DNA of 61,725 nt from an uncultured Eubacteriales bacterium. Lineage in GTDB: Bacteria; Bacillota; Clostridia; Oscillospirales; Butyricicoccaceae. The DNA is taken from contig CAKUAK010000033.1 of the NCBI GenBank assembly GCA_934636325.1, positions 1 to 61,725 of the forward strand, given 5' to 3'. Every line of letters starts with the position of its first letter. Position 1 is the first letter of the stretch. Under the pieces are notes generated by a model. That model was not told the origin of the DNA. It did no database searches and saw nothing but the letters and a program-made list of their open reading frames with translations. The position numbers and the translations under genes are program-made. This document shows, in pieces, positions 17,985 through 26,752 of the stretch.

Positions 17985-18019
17985 AAGGCCGACGCCGGAA
18001 TATCCCGGCATCGGCCTTT
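17985..18019 (+). terminator. terminator after the rnf operon
   Basis: AAGGCCGACGCCGG / CCGGCATCGGCCTT 14-bp stem (1 mismatch) followed by TTTAATAAT. Confidence 0.5.
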
Positions 18020-18062
18020 AATAATATTATACGATATTCTGCCGCAGCGGAGGTAACATGAC

Positions 18063-19160
18063 GTGTACAGAGGCCGAAATAATTTTTACAGCTCTTACAG
18101 GGGGCGGCGCTCCCCGAAGGAAAAAAAGCTCATATTTCTTTCGATACTTCTTCTGATCTTTATTGCATCCGGAGTGGGCTTTATAGTTCTGTCGGATCAC
18201 ATAGTTTTCTCGTCAGAGGGCTTCTATTTCACCTTTGACAAAAAAGCCCAGGGCGATATCCCATCGAATGGAACAGCGGATGACGGCACAACCCCCGGCC
18301 TGCCCGATGATAACGAAGAGGACTTTGATATCGTTATCCAAAAGCCGGCAGCAAACGAGAACGATCCCCTGCCGCGCATACTGGGCGTCAGCGACGATAT
18401 AGAAAATCTGCTGCGTCCCGGATATGGGAACGGTCTTGTAAGCGCGGCATCTGAAAGGGGCTGCAACACCCTCTGCTTCGACATCAAGGGCGAGGACGGC
18501 ATACTCTATATCCCCGTGACCTCGGAATATGCCGCGCCCGACGCTTTATATGAGAATGCCGAACAGATCAAGGAAGCCCTTCTGGACCTCGACCGCGGTG
18601 ATATGCACCTCGCGGCAAGGCTGACCGTACTCTGCGACGCCGTCGCGCCCCGCGCATTTACCTCCAATGCCATAAAAACCTCGGGTACTACGTGGCTCGA
18701 CAGAAATTTGAACAGCTGGATCGACCCATACAGCCAGATGGCTTCCGATTACCTTTGTGATATCATCAGGTCATCTGCCGACGCGGGCTTCGACGCTGTC
18801 ATTCTTGACGATCTCTGCTTCCCGACAAAGGGCAAGATCGACATGATAGATCTTTCCTCCGACGCGCCGCGATATGAGGCCATAAGGACGATACTCTCAA
18901 ACGCCAGGGCCGCGGCCGACGAATGCGGCGTCACCCTCTGCGCTTCCTATTACGGAGAGGATGCGGTCTCGGGCCAGCGTGCCGCCGACCTTGCTGAATA
19001 CTGCCACACGATCTTTGCCGTGACCGACGACGTCTCCTCCCTCGATACCCTGAATGCGGCCGCCGATCTCCACGGCTGTTTCACAGGTTCGTTCAGTTCA
19101 GACGCCTTTGCCGTTCCCTCGGATGATTCCGCTGCCCTGATCGCGGGCTATCTCGATTAA
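18063..19160 (+). CDS. membrane-anchored putative glycoside hydrolase-like protein (DUF4015-like)
   Basis: GTG start 9 nt after GGAGG. N-terminal TM (LIFLSILLLIFIASGVGFIVL). The body resembles the 'putative glycoside hydrolase' DUF4015 family (CFDIKGEDG..., DAVILDDLCFP). The family call is from memory only. Confidence 0.6.
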   Translation: MYRGRNNFYSSYRGRRSPKEKKLIFLSILLLIFIASGVGFIVLSDHIVFSSEGFYFTFDKKAQGDIPSNGTADDGTTPGLPDDNEEDFDIVIQKPAANENDPLPRILGVSDDIENLLRPGYGNGLVSAASERGCNTLCFDIKGEDGILYIPVTSEYAAPDALYENAEQIKEALLDLDRGDMHLAARLTVLCDAVAPRAFTSNAIKTSGTTWLDRNLNSWIDPYSQMASDYLCDIIRSSADAGFDAVILDDLCFPTKGKIDMIDLSSDAPRYEAIRTILSNARAAADECGVTLCASYYGEDAVSGQRAADLAEYCHTIFAVTDDVSSLDTLNAAADLHGCFTGSFSSDAFAVPSDDSAALIAGYLD

Positions 19161-19182
19161 AACAGAAGATCCTTATAAAGCT

Positions 19183-19220
19183 ATCCCCCCGGACTCTAAG
19201 CTCGGGGGGATAATTTTTTC
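19183..19220. terminator. bidirectional terminator shared by the DUF4015-like gene (+) and spoVM (-)
   Basis: ATCCCCCCGG / CTCGGGGGGAT stem (19183-19211) followed on the plus strand by AATTTTTTC. It lies 12 nt 3' of the spoVM stop on the minus strand. Confidence 0.7.
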
Positions 19221-19222
19221 TG

Positions 19223-19288
19223 CTATTTCATCAGCTTCTGCATAAGTGCCGAAATGGCCTTCGGCGGCTTTATAACATATATCTTCAT
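19223..19288 (-). CDS. spoVM: stage V sporulation protein M (21-aa amphipathic membrane-curvature sensor)
   Basis: Hand translation gives MKIYVIKPPKAISALMQKLMK*, compared with B. subtilis SpoVM MKFYTIKLPKFLGGIVRAMLGSFRKD (MK-Y-IK-PK shared, Pro9 conserved). GGAGG lies 10 nt upstream of the ATG. The position downstream of prkC-rsgA matches B. subtilis. Too short for the ORF track. Confidence 0.75.
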   Translation of the reverse strand: MKIYVIKPPKAISALMQKLMK

Positions 19289-19317
19289 ACCGGATCATCC
19301 TCCCGAAAAATAATATG

Positions 19318-19455
19318 CTAAATTATGCATATCAATGCCAGCAGGCCGCAGATGATCCAGAAGCACAGCCAGACCGGCAGCAGCAGGGCGAGCAATATCC
19401 CCACCGCTATCGCCGCAATATATGTACCGCATCCGCGACGCCGCCCGCATCTCAT
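19318..19455 (-). CDS. hypothetical 45-aa Cys-rich hydrophobic micro-protein
   Basis: Hand translation gives MRCGRRRGCGTYIAAIAVGILLALLLPVWLCFWIICGLLALICII*. AAGGAG lies 9 nt upstream of the ATG. Third-position GC and ATA-Ile usage resemble neighbouring genes. The stop is 29 nt upstream of the spoVM ATG. I recognise no homologue. Confidence 0.45.
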   Translation of the reverse strand: MRCGRRRGCGTYIAAIAVGILLALLLPVWLCFWIICGLLALICII

Positions 19456-19519
19456 ACACGATCGCTCCTTTGAAAAATAAAGGTCTACGATACATGATAT
19501 TCCATTTTGGCGGCGAAGG

Positions 19520-20071
19520 TTACCCGCGCATGCTCAGCGTCGAAAGGTAATAGTCCTCGCGCCGCAGGCTGTAGGACACAAGCGAGCATATTCGGCCGTC
19601 ATAGAGCTTGCGGGCGCTTTCGAGGCACCCTTCTTTTTTAAAGCCCAGCTTTTCGGCCACCCTCCCCGAACGGGGATTGAAATCATAATGCTGTATGGAA
19701 AGGATGGTCACATCCTCCTTTGAAAAGGCATATCTGATAAGCTCGGCCACGGCTTCAGGTATGATACCTCTGCCCCAGAATTCCTCCGACAGGACATACC
19801 CCAGCATGCGGGCGCCGGGGTTGGTCCTAAGGGGGTCTTTATGAAGGCCGACGGAGCCTATGACATGATGGCTATGCTTATCCTCGATGGCCCAGGTCTG
19901 CTGCTCGTTGATGAACATCTGGATGATCCCAAGAGACTCTTCGATATTGTCGTGGGGCTTCCAGCCGGCATTGGGGCCGACATTGGGGCTTTTGGCATAC
20001 TCATACAGATCCCTCGCGTCGTTTATGCTCCAATCGCGCAGAACGAGGCGCTCTGTTTCAAACCGCTGCAT
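19520..20071 (-). CDS. GNAT family N-acetyltransferase (RimJ/RimL-like)
   Basis: 183 aa. FETERLVLRDW N-terminus and WGRGI...A acetyl-CoA region typical of RimJ-like GNATs. Confidence 0.85.
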   Translation of the reverse strand: MQRFETERLVLRDWSINDARDLYEYAKSPNVGPNAGWKPHDNIEESLGIIQMFINEQQTWAIEDKHSHHVIGSVGLHKDPLRTNPGARMLGYVLSEEFWGRGIIPEAVAELIRYAFSKEDVTILSIQHYDFNPRSGRVAEKLGFKKEGCLESARKLYDGRICSLVSYSLRREDYYLSTLSMRG

Positions 20072-20072
20072 A

Positions 20073-20966
20073 TCATATCCCCTTTCTTTCCCAGTCCTTT
20101 ATCTTTGATACTTCCTCATAGAGCTTTTTATAGCTGAGATAACGGCTCTTTGATATTTCCCCATCCTTGACCCGCTGACGCACAGCGCAGCCGGGCTCTT
20201 TTATGTGGGCGCAGCCGGCAAAGCGGCATTTATCGAAATATCCGGTTATCTCGGGAAAATAGTGCTGGAGCTCGTCTTTTTTTATATACTCCATCCTTGT
20301 GACGTCAAAGGATGAAAACCCCGGCGTATCTATGACATATCCGTCGCCGCAGGGGAAAAGCTCGCTCTGTCGTGTCGTATGCCTGCCCCGGGCTATCTTG
20401 GCGCTTATCCTGCCGACCAGAAGATTCCTGTTGGGCATAAGGGCGTTGAGGATACTCGACTTGCCTATGCCCGAGTTCCCTGTAAAGCAGGATATGCCAT
20501 GGGAAGCCAGATCACGCACCTCGTCTATCCCCTGTCCTGTGACGGCCGACACGCGGATGACATGGAACCCCGCCGCCGTATATATGTCATACAGCTCGTC
20601 ACAGGGGTCTATATCGCATTTATTGAGAAGGATGATCGGTGTTATATCCTGACGCAGGGCTATGACGGTCACCTTATCTATCAGGAAAGGATCGGTGCTT
20701 GGCGAGGCCTGCGAGCCCACGATGAACAGACGGTCTATATTGGCCACCGGCGGGCGGGTCAGGCTGTTTTTTCTCGGGCGTATCTCGGTTATAAGGCCGT
20801 CTTCGCCGCACAGCTCGAAGGAGACGATATCCCCGGCCACCGGAGATATCGTTCCCAGCCGGAGCCTGCCCCCGGCCTTGCATTCGTAAACCGTCTTTTC
20901 ATCGTCAAGGACATAATAAAACCCGCCTATGCCCTTTAAAACTATTCCCCGTTTTTCACCGCTCAT
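20073..20966 (-). CDS. rsgA: ribosome small-subunit-dependent GTPase A
   Basis: Circularly permuted GTPase with NKCD, GNSGIGKSSILNAL, DTPG and the zinc motif CRFAGCAHIKEPGC. Confidence 0.95.
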   Translation of the reverse strand: MSGEKRGIVLKGIGGFYYVLDDEKTVYECKAGGRLRLGTISPVAGDIVSFELCGEDGLITEIRPRKNSLTRPPVANIDRLFIVGSQASPSTDPFLIDKVTVIALRQDITPIILLNKCDIDPCDELYDIYTAAGFHVIRVSAVTGQGIDEVRDLASHGISCFTGNSGIGKSSILNALMPNRNLLVGRISAKIARGRHTTRQSELFPCGDGYVIDTPGFSSFDVTRMEYIKKDELQHYFPEITGYFDKCRFAGCAHIKEPGCAVRQRVKDGEISKSRYLSYKKLYEEVSKIKDWERKGI

Positions 20967-22930
20967 TTAAAGGTCACGTTCTCCTCTTTGGTAAGCCTTC
21001 CGTTCTGGAACACCGTCACCGAGTGTGTGCCCTCTTCGGCCGTCAGCTCGACAACTATGCTGCCCTCATCCGAGGTATGTGTCCCGCTGTATCCGACCTT
21101 GCTGTCGACGGCGGCCATTATCTGTATCTCGCCCTCGATATCGTCGATCTCTATGACATAGCGGATGGTGACATCCTTTGCCGGTTCGGGATCAGGCTGC
21201 TTTTCCGGCTCTTTGCAGATATGGATATCTATCGTGCTGTTTTCATCGACGCTCGAACCGGCCGGCAGAGACTGGAATATGACCTGACCCGGCACACCGT
21301 CGGGGCTTTCGATGAACGAGGTCTCGCCCGGTGTAAGACCGGCGGCCTTTATCAGCGCCGCGGCTTCCTCGGCCGTCTTGCCCTTGAGGTTGGGGACGAT
21401 GACCGGTTTTACCTCCTTGCCCTTGCTGACGCGGACAAGGATAGTATCGCCGGAGCTGACCTCTGTGTCCTTATCGGGCGATGTCCCGATGACCAACCCC
21501 TCTTCGACCTCGTCGGAGAACTCGTACTGAAGATCGGGCTTGAGCCCCAGGCGGGTAAGGACGATGGAAACGCTGCGGCCGTCCATGTTCCTGTAATCAT
21601 CAAGGGCCGCCGTTTTTGGGCCGAGGCTGACGACGACCTTTATTTCTGTGCCCTCTTCAGCATTTTTACCGGCCGAGGGGCTCTGGGATATGATAAGTCC
21701 TTTATCAATATTTTCGCTGTACTGCTCTTCATCAAGGGTTATCTTGAAGGATGAATACAGCCCGTCGGCGTCCTCGAGCACCTGTTCATAGGATTCGCCT
21801 TCGAGCATAGGGACCTCAAGCCTTACATCGGTCTTTCCGAAGGGGTCTATGACCTTGAATACAAATACAACCGCGCCGATGAAAAACAGGAGGATGGCTA
21901 TGCCAGCATAAAGGACCGGATTGCCGCCGCGCTTTTTTCCGCGCGCAGGCTCTTCGTCCCGGTCGTCATCTTCGTCGACAGGCTGGTAGCGCGGCGTCGC
22001 CCTCGAAGCTATTTCCCCGGGATTGCTTATCTTGCGGGTCGCGTCGATATCATCGGACACCGACGCCATTATGGCCGGGCGCTCGACCTCTATCTTGACC
22101 GTCGGATCATTCTTGAAGCGTTCAAGATCGGCGATCATCTCTCCGGCCGTGGAATAGCGGCGTGAAGGCACGGGATCCATAGCCTTCATGGTGATGGCCT
22201 CCAGCGCCTGGGGGATGCCCGATACATAATCGCTGGGCGGCAGCGGGATGGAGTTCATATGCTGTATGGCGATATCCATCGGTGTGTTGCCCTCGAAGGG
22301 CAGGCGGCCGGTCAGCATTTCATACATGACGACGCCGAAGGAATATATATCCGACCGGTTGTCGATATGGCTGCCTCTTGCCTGCTCGGGCGATACATAA
22401 TGGACCGAACCGATGGCCTCTCCTTTTGAATAATCGGTCTGGCTGGAATTATAGTGTGCTATGCCGAAATCGGCCACCTTGACCGTGCCGTCCCGCAGCA
22501 GCATTATATTCTGCGGCTTGATATCCCTGTGGATGACGCCGCGGCTGTGGGCATGTTCAAGAGCCTTGGCTATCTGCACGGCAAAAAAGGTCGTTTCCTT
22601 CCACGACAGCGGGCCGCGGCGCGACAGGTATTCTTTAAGGGTCACGCCGTCGATGAGCTCCATCACTATATATTCGATATCGCCCGACCGGGAAACGTCA
22701 TACACATTGACTATATTGGGATGGGACAGCATGGCGACCGCCTGTGACTCTTCAAAAAAGCGGCGGCGGAACTCTTCGTCCTTGGCGAACTCTTCCTTCA
22801 TTACCTTGAGCGCCACATATCTGTTGAGCCTGTGACACTTGGCCTTATATACGATCGCCATTCCCCCGGTCCCGATGACCTCAAGGACCTCATAGCGATT
22901 ATCAAGCATTGTTCCTATCAGCTTATCCAT
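20963..22930 (-). CDS. prkC: Ser/Thr protein kinase with extracellular PASTA repeats
   Basis: Hanks kinase motifs (GGMAIVYKA, HRDIKPQN, DFG, SPEQ), a single TM, and repeated PASTA-like modules (VPNLKGKTAEEA...). Confidence 0.95.
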   Translation of the reverse strand: MDKLIGTMLDNRYEVLEVIGTGGMAIVYKAKCHRLNRYVALKVMKEEFAKDEEFRRRFFEESQAVAMLSHPNIVNVYDVSRSGDIEYIVMELIDGVTLKEYLSRRGPLSWKETTFFAVQIAKALEHAHSRGVIHRDIKPQNIMLLRDGTVKVADFGIAHYNSSQTDYSKGEAIGSVHYVSPEQARGSHIDNRSDIYSFGVVMYEMLTGRLPFEGNTPMDIAIQHMNSIPLPPSDYVSGIPQALEAITMKAMDPVPSRRYSTAGEMIADLERFKNDPTVKIEVERPAIMASVSDDIDATRKISNPGEIASRATPRYQPVDEDDDRDEEPARGKKRGGNPVLYAGIAILLFFIGAVVFVFKVIDPFGKTDVRLEVPMLEGESYEQVLEDADGLYSSFKITLDEEQYSENIDKGLIISQSPSAGKNAEEGTEIKVVVSLGPKTAALDDYRNMDGRSVSIVLTRLGLKPDLQYEFSDEVEEGLVIGTSPDKDTEVSSGDTILVRVSKGKEVKPVIVPNLKGKTAEEAAALIKAAGLTPGETSFIESPDGVPGQVIFQSLPAGSSVDENSTIDIHICKEPEKQPDPEPAKDVTIRYVIEIDDIEGEIQIMAAVDSKVGYSGTHTSDEGSIVVELTAEEGTHSVTVFQNGRLTKEENVTFK

Positions 22931-22940
22931 AGGTCACTCC

Positions 22941-23678
22941 TCATATCTCGATCAGGATGATCGTTATGTTGTCCGAACCGCCCCTTGAATTGGCGATGGT
23001 GACAAGGTTTTCGCAGGCCTGTTCGGGCTTTCCCGACTCGTATACCTCGTAATATATTTCCGGCCCGCTGACCTGATCGTTCAGGCCGTCGCTGCAAAGG
23101 AGGATATAATCGCCTCTGCGTATCTTCTTTACATATGTATCGCATCTGACCCTCGGGTCGGCGCCGATGGCCCGGGTTATAAGATTGCGTTTCGGGTGGC
23201 GCTGGGCCTCTATACGCGATATCTCGCCGCGGATGATAAGCTCGTTGACCAGCGAATGGTCTGTCGTTATCTGGCTTATCCCCTCTTCGTTTATATAGTA
23301 TGCGCGGCTGTCGCCGACATTTGCCAGAACAGCCTCGCCGTCGCCGCCGATGACCGCGGCAACTATCGTCGTTCCCATACCGCTGAAGGAGGCGTCGTTG
23401 ACCGCCGCCTGAAACACGCGGTCATTTGCCTCTTTTATGGCTGTTTTAAGACACTTTTCGACATGAGACGCCGACCATCGGTCATAATCCCTTAAAAATG
23501 CCTGTCTGAACGCCGTGGCGGCCATCTCGCTTGCCACCTCTCCGGCATTCTCTCCGCCCATGCCGTCACATACAACGCCGAGCATACAGCCCTGGCCCAT
23601 ATCCTCAAGCAGGCAGATATCCTCGTTGGGATTGCCCTTTCGGGATATCCCGACGTCACTTATTTTCCACGCCCTCAT
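22941..23678 (-). CDS. stp: PP2C-family Ser/Thr phosphatase
   Basis: NEDI, DGMGG, SDGL and GGSDNIT motifs. ATG at 23678 is preceded by GAAGGAG. It overlaps the rlmN 3' end by 23 nt. The track ORF has 23 extra codons. Confidence 0.93.
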   Translation of the reverse strand: MRAWKISDVGISRKGNPNEDICLLEDMGQGCMLGVVCDGMGGENAGEVASEMAATAFRQAFLRDYDRWSASHVEKCLKTAIKEANDRVFQAAVNDASFSGMGTTIVAAVIGGDGEAVLANVGDSRAYYINEEGISQITTDHSLVNELIIRGEISRIEAQRHPKRNLITRAIGADPRVRCDTYVKKIRRGDYILLCSDGLNDQVSGPEIYYEVYESGKPEQACENLVTIANSRGGSDNITIILIEI

Positions 23679-24723
23679 TATTCTTTGCTCCTTCACGCAT
23701 GACCCGCCGCCTGAGCTGGCCGCAGGATGCGTCGATGTCTGAACCAAGATGTCTTCTTACCGTTGTGGTTATATGATAGCTTTCAAGTATCCGCTGGAAC
23801 TCCTGAAGATCCCGGCGTGTCGACGGCTTCAGCGGACTCCCGTCGACATGGTTGAGCGGGATCAGGTTTACATGACAGTTAAAGCCCCGCAGCAGCCCCG
23901 CAAGCTCCAGCGCACAGGCCCTCGTATCGTTCACACCGGCTATCATGGCGTACTCAAAAGAAATGCGCCGCCCGGTCATGTCGAAATAATCGCGGCATGC
24001 CTTTATAAGGGTCTCTACGTTATACCTCCGGTTGACCGGCATCAGCTTTGTCCTGATTTCGTCGTTAGGCGCGTGCAGCGAGATCGAAAGGGTCAGCTGG
24101 CGCTTCTGCTCTGCCAGACGGTATATTCCCGGCACAAGGCCGCAGGTCGACAGCGAGATATGACGCATGCCGATATTGACCCCTTTATCGCAGGAGACAA
24201 GATCAAGGAAGGCCATCACGTTGTCGTAATTGTCGAGCGGCTCGCCTGTCCCCATAAGAACGATATTGGATATGCGCACTCCGGAATCCTTCTGCGCCGT
24301 GATGACCTCGAGAAGTATCTCGCCGGCCGTAAGATTGCGGGTAGCTCCCTTTTCAAAGGAAGCGCAGAAGATACAGCCCATCTTGCATCCGGCCTGGGTC
24401 GAAATGCAGATGCTGTAGCCGTGCTTATATTTCATAAGCACGCTCTCTATGCTGTTGCCGTCCCGAAGCTCGAAGAGGTACTTTATCGTGCCGTCCTGAT
24501 GGGACTCCTGTTTTCTTATTATCTCTATATGCTCTATGTAAAAGTGCTCTGCCAGCTTGGCGCGGAGAGCCTTTCCTATATCGGTCATTTCATCAAATGA
24601 ACCGACGCCCAGCGAGAGCCACTTGAAAATCTGGCCCGCGCGGTATTTCGGTTCTCCGAGAGCTGTAAGCTTGCTCTCAAGCTCTTCGTAGCGAAGAGAG
24701 TTTATCGGGATAAGCTGGCTCAT
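23656..24723 (-). CDS. rlmN: 23S rRNA/tRNA (adenine-C2)-methyltransferase, radical SAM
   Basis: CKMGCIFC radical-SAM motif and YRAGQIFKW N-terminal motif. ATGA overlap with the rsmB stop. Confidence 0.95.
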   Translation of the reverse strand: MSQLIPINSLRYEELESKLTALGEPKYRAGQIFKWLSLGVGSFDEMTDIGKALRAKLAEHFYIEHIEIIRKQESHQDGTIKYLFELRDGNSIESVLMKYKHGYSICISTQAGCKMGCIFCASFEKGATRNLTAGEILLEVITAQKDSGVRISNIVLMGTGEPLDNYDNVMAFLDLVSCDKGVNIGMRHISLSTCGLVPGIYRLAEQKRQLTLSISLHAPNDEIRTKLMPVNRRYNVETLIKACRDYFDMTGRRISFEYAMIAGVNDTRACALELAGLLRGFNCHVNLIPLNHVDGSPLKPSTRRDLQEFQRILESYHITTTVRRHLGSDIDASCGQLRRRVMREGAKNNEGVENK

Positions 24724-26042
24724 TGGGCCGTTCTCCTCTCCAAAAGCGCTGCAAAAAAGCCGTCAGTGCCGTCGACATGGGGCAGGAAGGTCTTGATCCC
24801 GCCGTACTGCTTTCCGCAGATGCTGAAATCCACAAGGTCAAAATCCCTGTGCCCGGCAAGAAAAGCCCTGACCACATTCTCGTTTTCCTCCGGGAGAATG
24901 GTGCAGGTAGTGTATATCATCCTGCCCCCCGGCTTGAGATAGGACGCGGCGTTTTCAAGTATCGACGCCTGAAGTACCGGAAGCCCGGCAAGGCTCTTTT
25001 CATCCTTATACCGTATATCGGGCTTTTTGCGTATTATGCCGAGGCCGGAACAGGGCACATCGCAAATGATCCTGTCGAAGCTGTTTTCAAGCCTGTCGAT
25101 GTGATGCGATGCATCGCTGCAGGCTGTATTTATGATATGTACGCCGTATTTTTCGGCATTCTGTTCGATCAGTCTGACCTTATGGGGATAGATATCATTG
25201 GAAAGTATCTCGCCGCGATCCTCCATGAGCTGAGCCGCGAGCAGGCTTTTGCCGCCCGGAGCGGCGCAGATATCCATCAGACGCTCCCCAGGCCGGGGCG
25301 CAAGGAGAGCCACGACATGCTGCGACGCGGCATCCTGGACGTAAAACTCGCCGCGCTCAAACATCGGGCTTTTGAGCAGCCCGGCCAGATCATCGGTATA
25401 AAAGGCGTTTTCAAGGCCCTCTGCGGCTTTCAGCCCATGGCCGAGCGCAGCCTCGCACCCCTCGGCAAAGGCCGTGGCCGTCGTTTTAAGGGTATTCACC
25501 CTTATAGTCGGGATGACAGACGCGTTATCGGACTTCAGGAGCTGCTCGGCGCCGTCGTCCCCGAAGAGGGATATGAATCGTTTGACCATCCACAGCGGAT
25601 GGCTGTATTTTATGCTCAGCGTCTCGGCCGCCGTCCTGCCCACGACCTGCGGCAGAGAATCCTTTGTGCGGCCGATCTGACGCAGTACGCCGTTTGCGAA
25701 GCCGGCCGCACGCTGGTTGCCGGTCTTTTTGACCAGCTTTATCGCCTCGTTGACGGCGGCGTTATCGGGTATCCTGTCAAGAAACAGCATCTGATAGACC
25801 GCCATGCGCATGGCCTCCAGCACATAGGGCGAAATGCGGTTCATCTTAAGGCTGCTGTACTGCGAGATATAAAAATCTATAAGCATGGTGTTCTGCACCA
25901 CGCCGTAGGTTATCGCCGAGACAAGGGCGGCCTGGCGGCTGTCCATTCCATCGGTCTTTTTTTTGAGATACAGATCGGGCCAGCTCCCGTCTTTTCGGAA
26001 CTCGAGCAGCGCGCCCAGCGCCGCTTCTCTCTCCCCGGCCAC
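24720..26042 (-). CDS. rsmB: 16S rRNA (cytosine967-C5)-methyltransferase
   Basis: NusB-like N-domain plus DICAAPGGKS, CDVPCSGLG and YTTCT motifs. Confidence 0.93.
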   Translation of the reverse strand: MAGEREAALGALLEFRKDGSWPDLYLKKKTDGMDSRQAALVSAITYGVVQNTMLIDFYISQYSSLKMNRISPYVLEAMRMAVYQMLFLDRIPDNAAVNEAIKLVKKTGNQRAAGFANGVLRQIGRTKDSLPQVVGRTAAETLSIKYSHPLWMVKRFISLFGDDGAEQLLKSDNASVIPTIRVNTLKTTATAFAEGCEAALGHGLKAAEGLENAFYTDDLAGLLKSPMFERGEFYVQDAASQHVVALLAPRPGERLMDICAAPGGKSLLAAQLMEDRGEILSNDIYPHKVRLIEQNAEKYGVHIINTACSDASHHIDRLENSFDRIICDVPCSGLGIIRKKPDIRYKDEKSLAGLPVLQASILENAASYLKPGGRMIYTTCTILPEENENVVRAFLAGHRDFDLVDFSICGKQYGGIKTFLPHVDGTDGFFAALLERRTAQ

Positions 26043-26737
26043 TATCTGTCACGATCCCTTCTGCCGCCGCCGAAGATAAGGAAGAGGCGCAGGAACTGCG
26101 CCAGCGCGACCATAAGCGCGGCGACATATGTCAGCGCGGCGGCCGTAAGGGTCTTCTGCGCGCCGGGAAGCTCGTCCTCGCCGAGGATCTGGGTGGCGGC
26201 AATGGCGTTGATGGCGCGGTTCGAGGCGTTTATCTCGACAGGAAGGGTCAGCAGCTGGAAGAGAACCGACATGAAGAAGAATATAAGCCCCAGCTTAATG
26301 AGTGAAAATGCATTGATAAACATGCCGATAAAGATCATGGGCATGGCCAGCGACGAACCGATCTGTGTCACGGGGATTATGGCCGCGCGCAGCTTGATCG
26401 GCACATACTGCTGTGCATACTGGACGGCATGACCGGCCTCGTGGGCCGCGACGCCCACGGCGGCGACGGTATCGGCATCGTAAACGCTGTCGGAAAGGCG
26501 GATGACATTGGTGCGCGGATCATAATGGTCGGTAAGATTGCCGGAGACCCGCTCTATCCTCACCCCGCCGACCCCGTTGGCCTCGAGGACGGCTCGGGCG
26601 GCATCGGCCCCGGTTATCCCGCGGCGCGTCCTGACGCTCGAATACTTATTAAAGGTCGTGTTGACCTTTGCCTGAGCTATCATGGCAAAGATGATGGCCG
26701 GAAGAACAAGGATAATATAATAGCTGTCTATAAACAT
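26042..26737 (-). CDS. membrane zinc metallopeptidase (Zn_peptidase_2 family)
   Basis: HEAGHAVQ motif flanked by TM segments. This is the usual position between fmt and rsmB in Clostridia. Confidence 0.85.
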   Translation of the reverse strand: MFIDSYYIILVLPAIIFAMIAQAKVNTTFNKYSSVRTRRGITGADAARAVLEANGVGGVRIERVSGNLTDHYDPRTNVIRLSDSVYDADTVAAVGVAAHEAGHAVQYAQQYVPIKLRAAIIPVTQIGSSLAMPMIFIGMFINAFSLIKLGLIFFFMSVLFQLLTLPVEINASNRAINAIAATQILGEDELPGAQKTLTAAALTYVAALMVALAQFLRLFLIFGGGRRDRDR

Positions 26738-26752
26738 GGTATCAGTCCTTTA

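Noticed and set aside
19295-19495. A 66-aa track ORF between the GNAT gene and spoVM.
   Set aside because: It has no SD, its composition is Arg/Gly/Ala-rich, and it covers the spoVM ribosome-binding site. The same DNA in another frame gives an SD-preceded hydrophobic 45-aa ORF, which is the better model.
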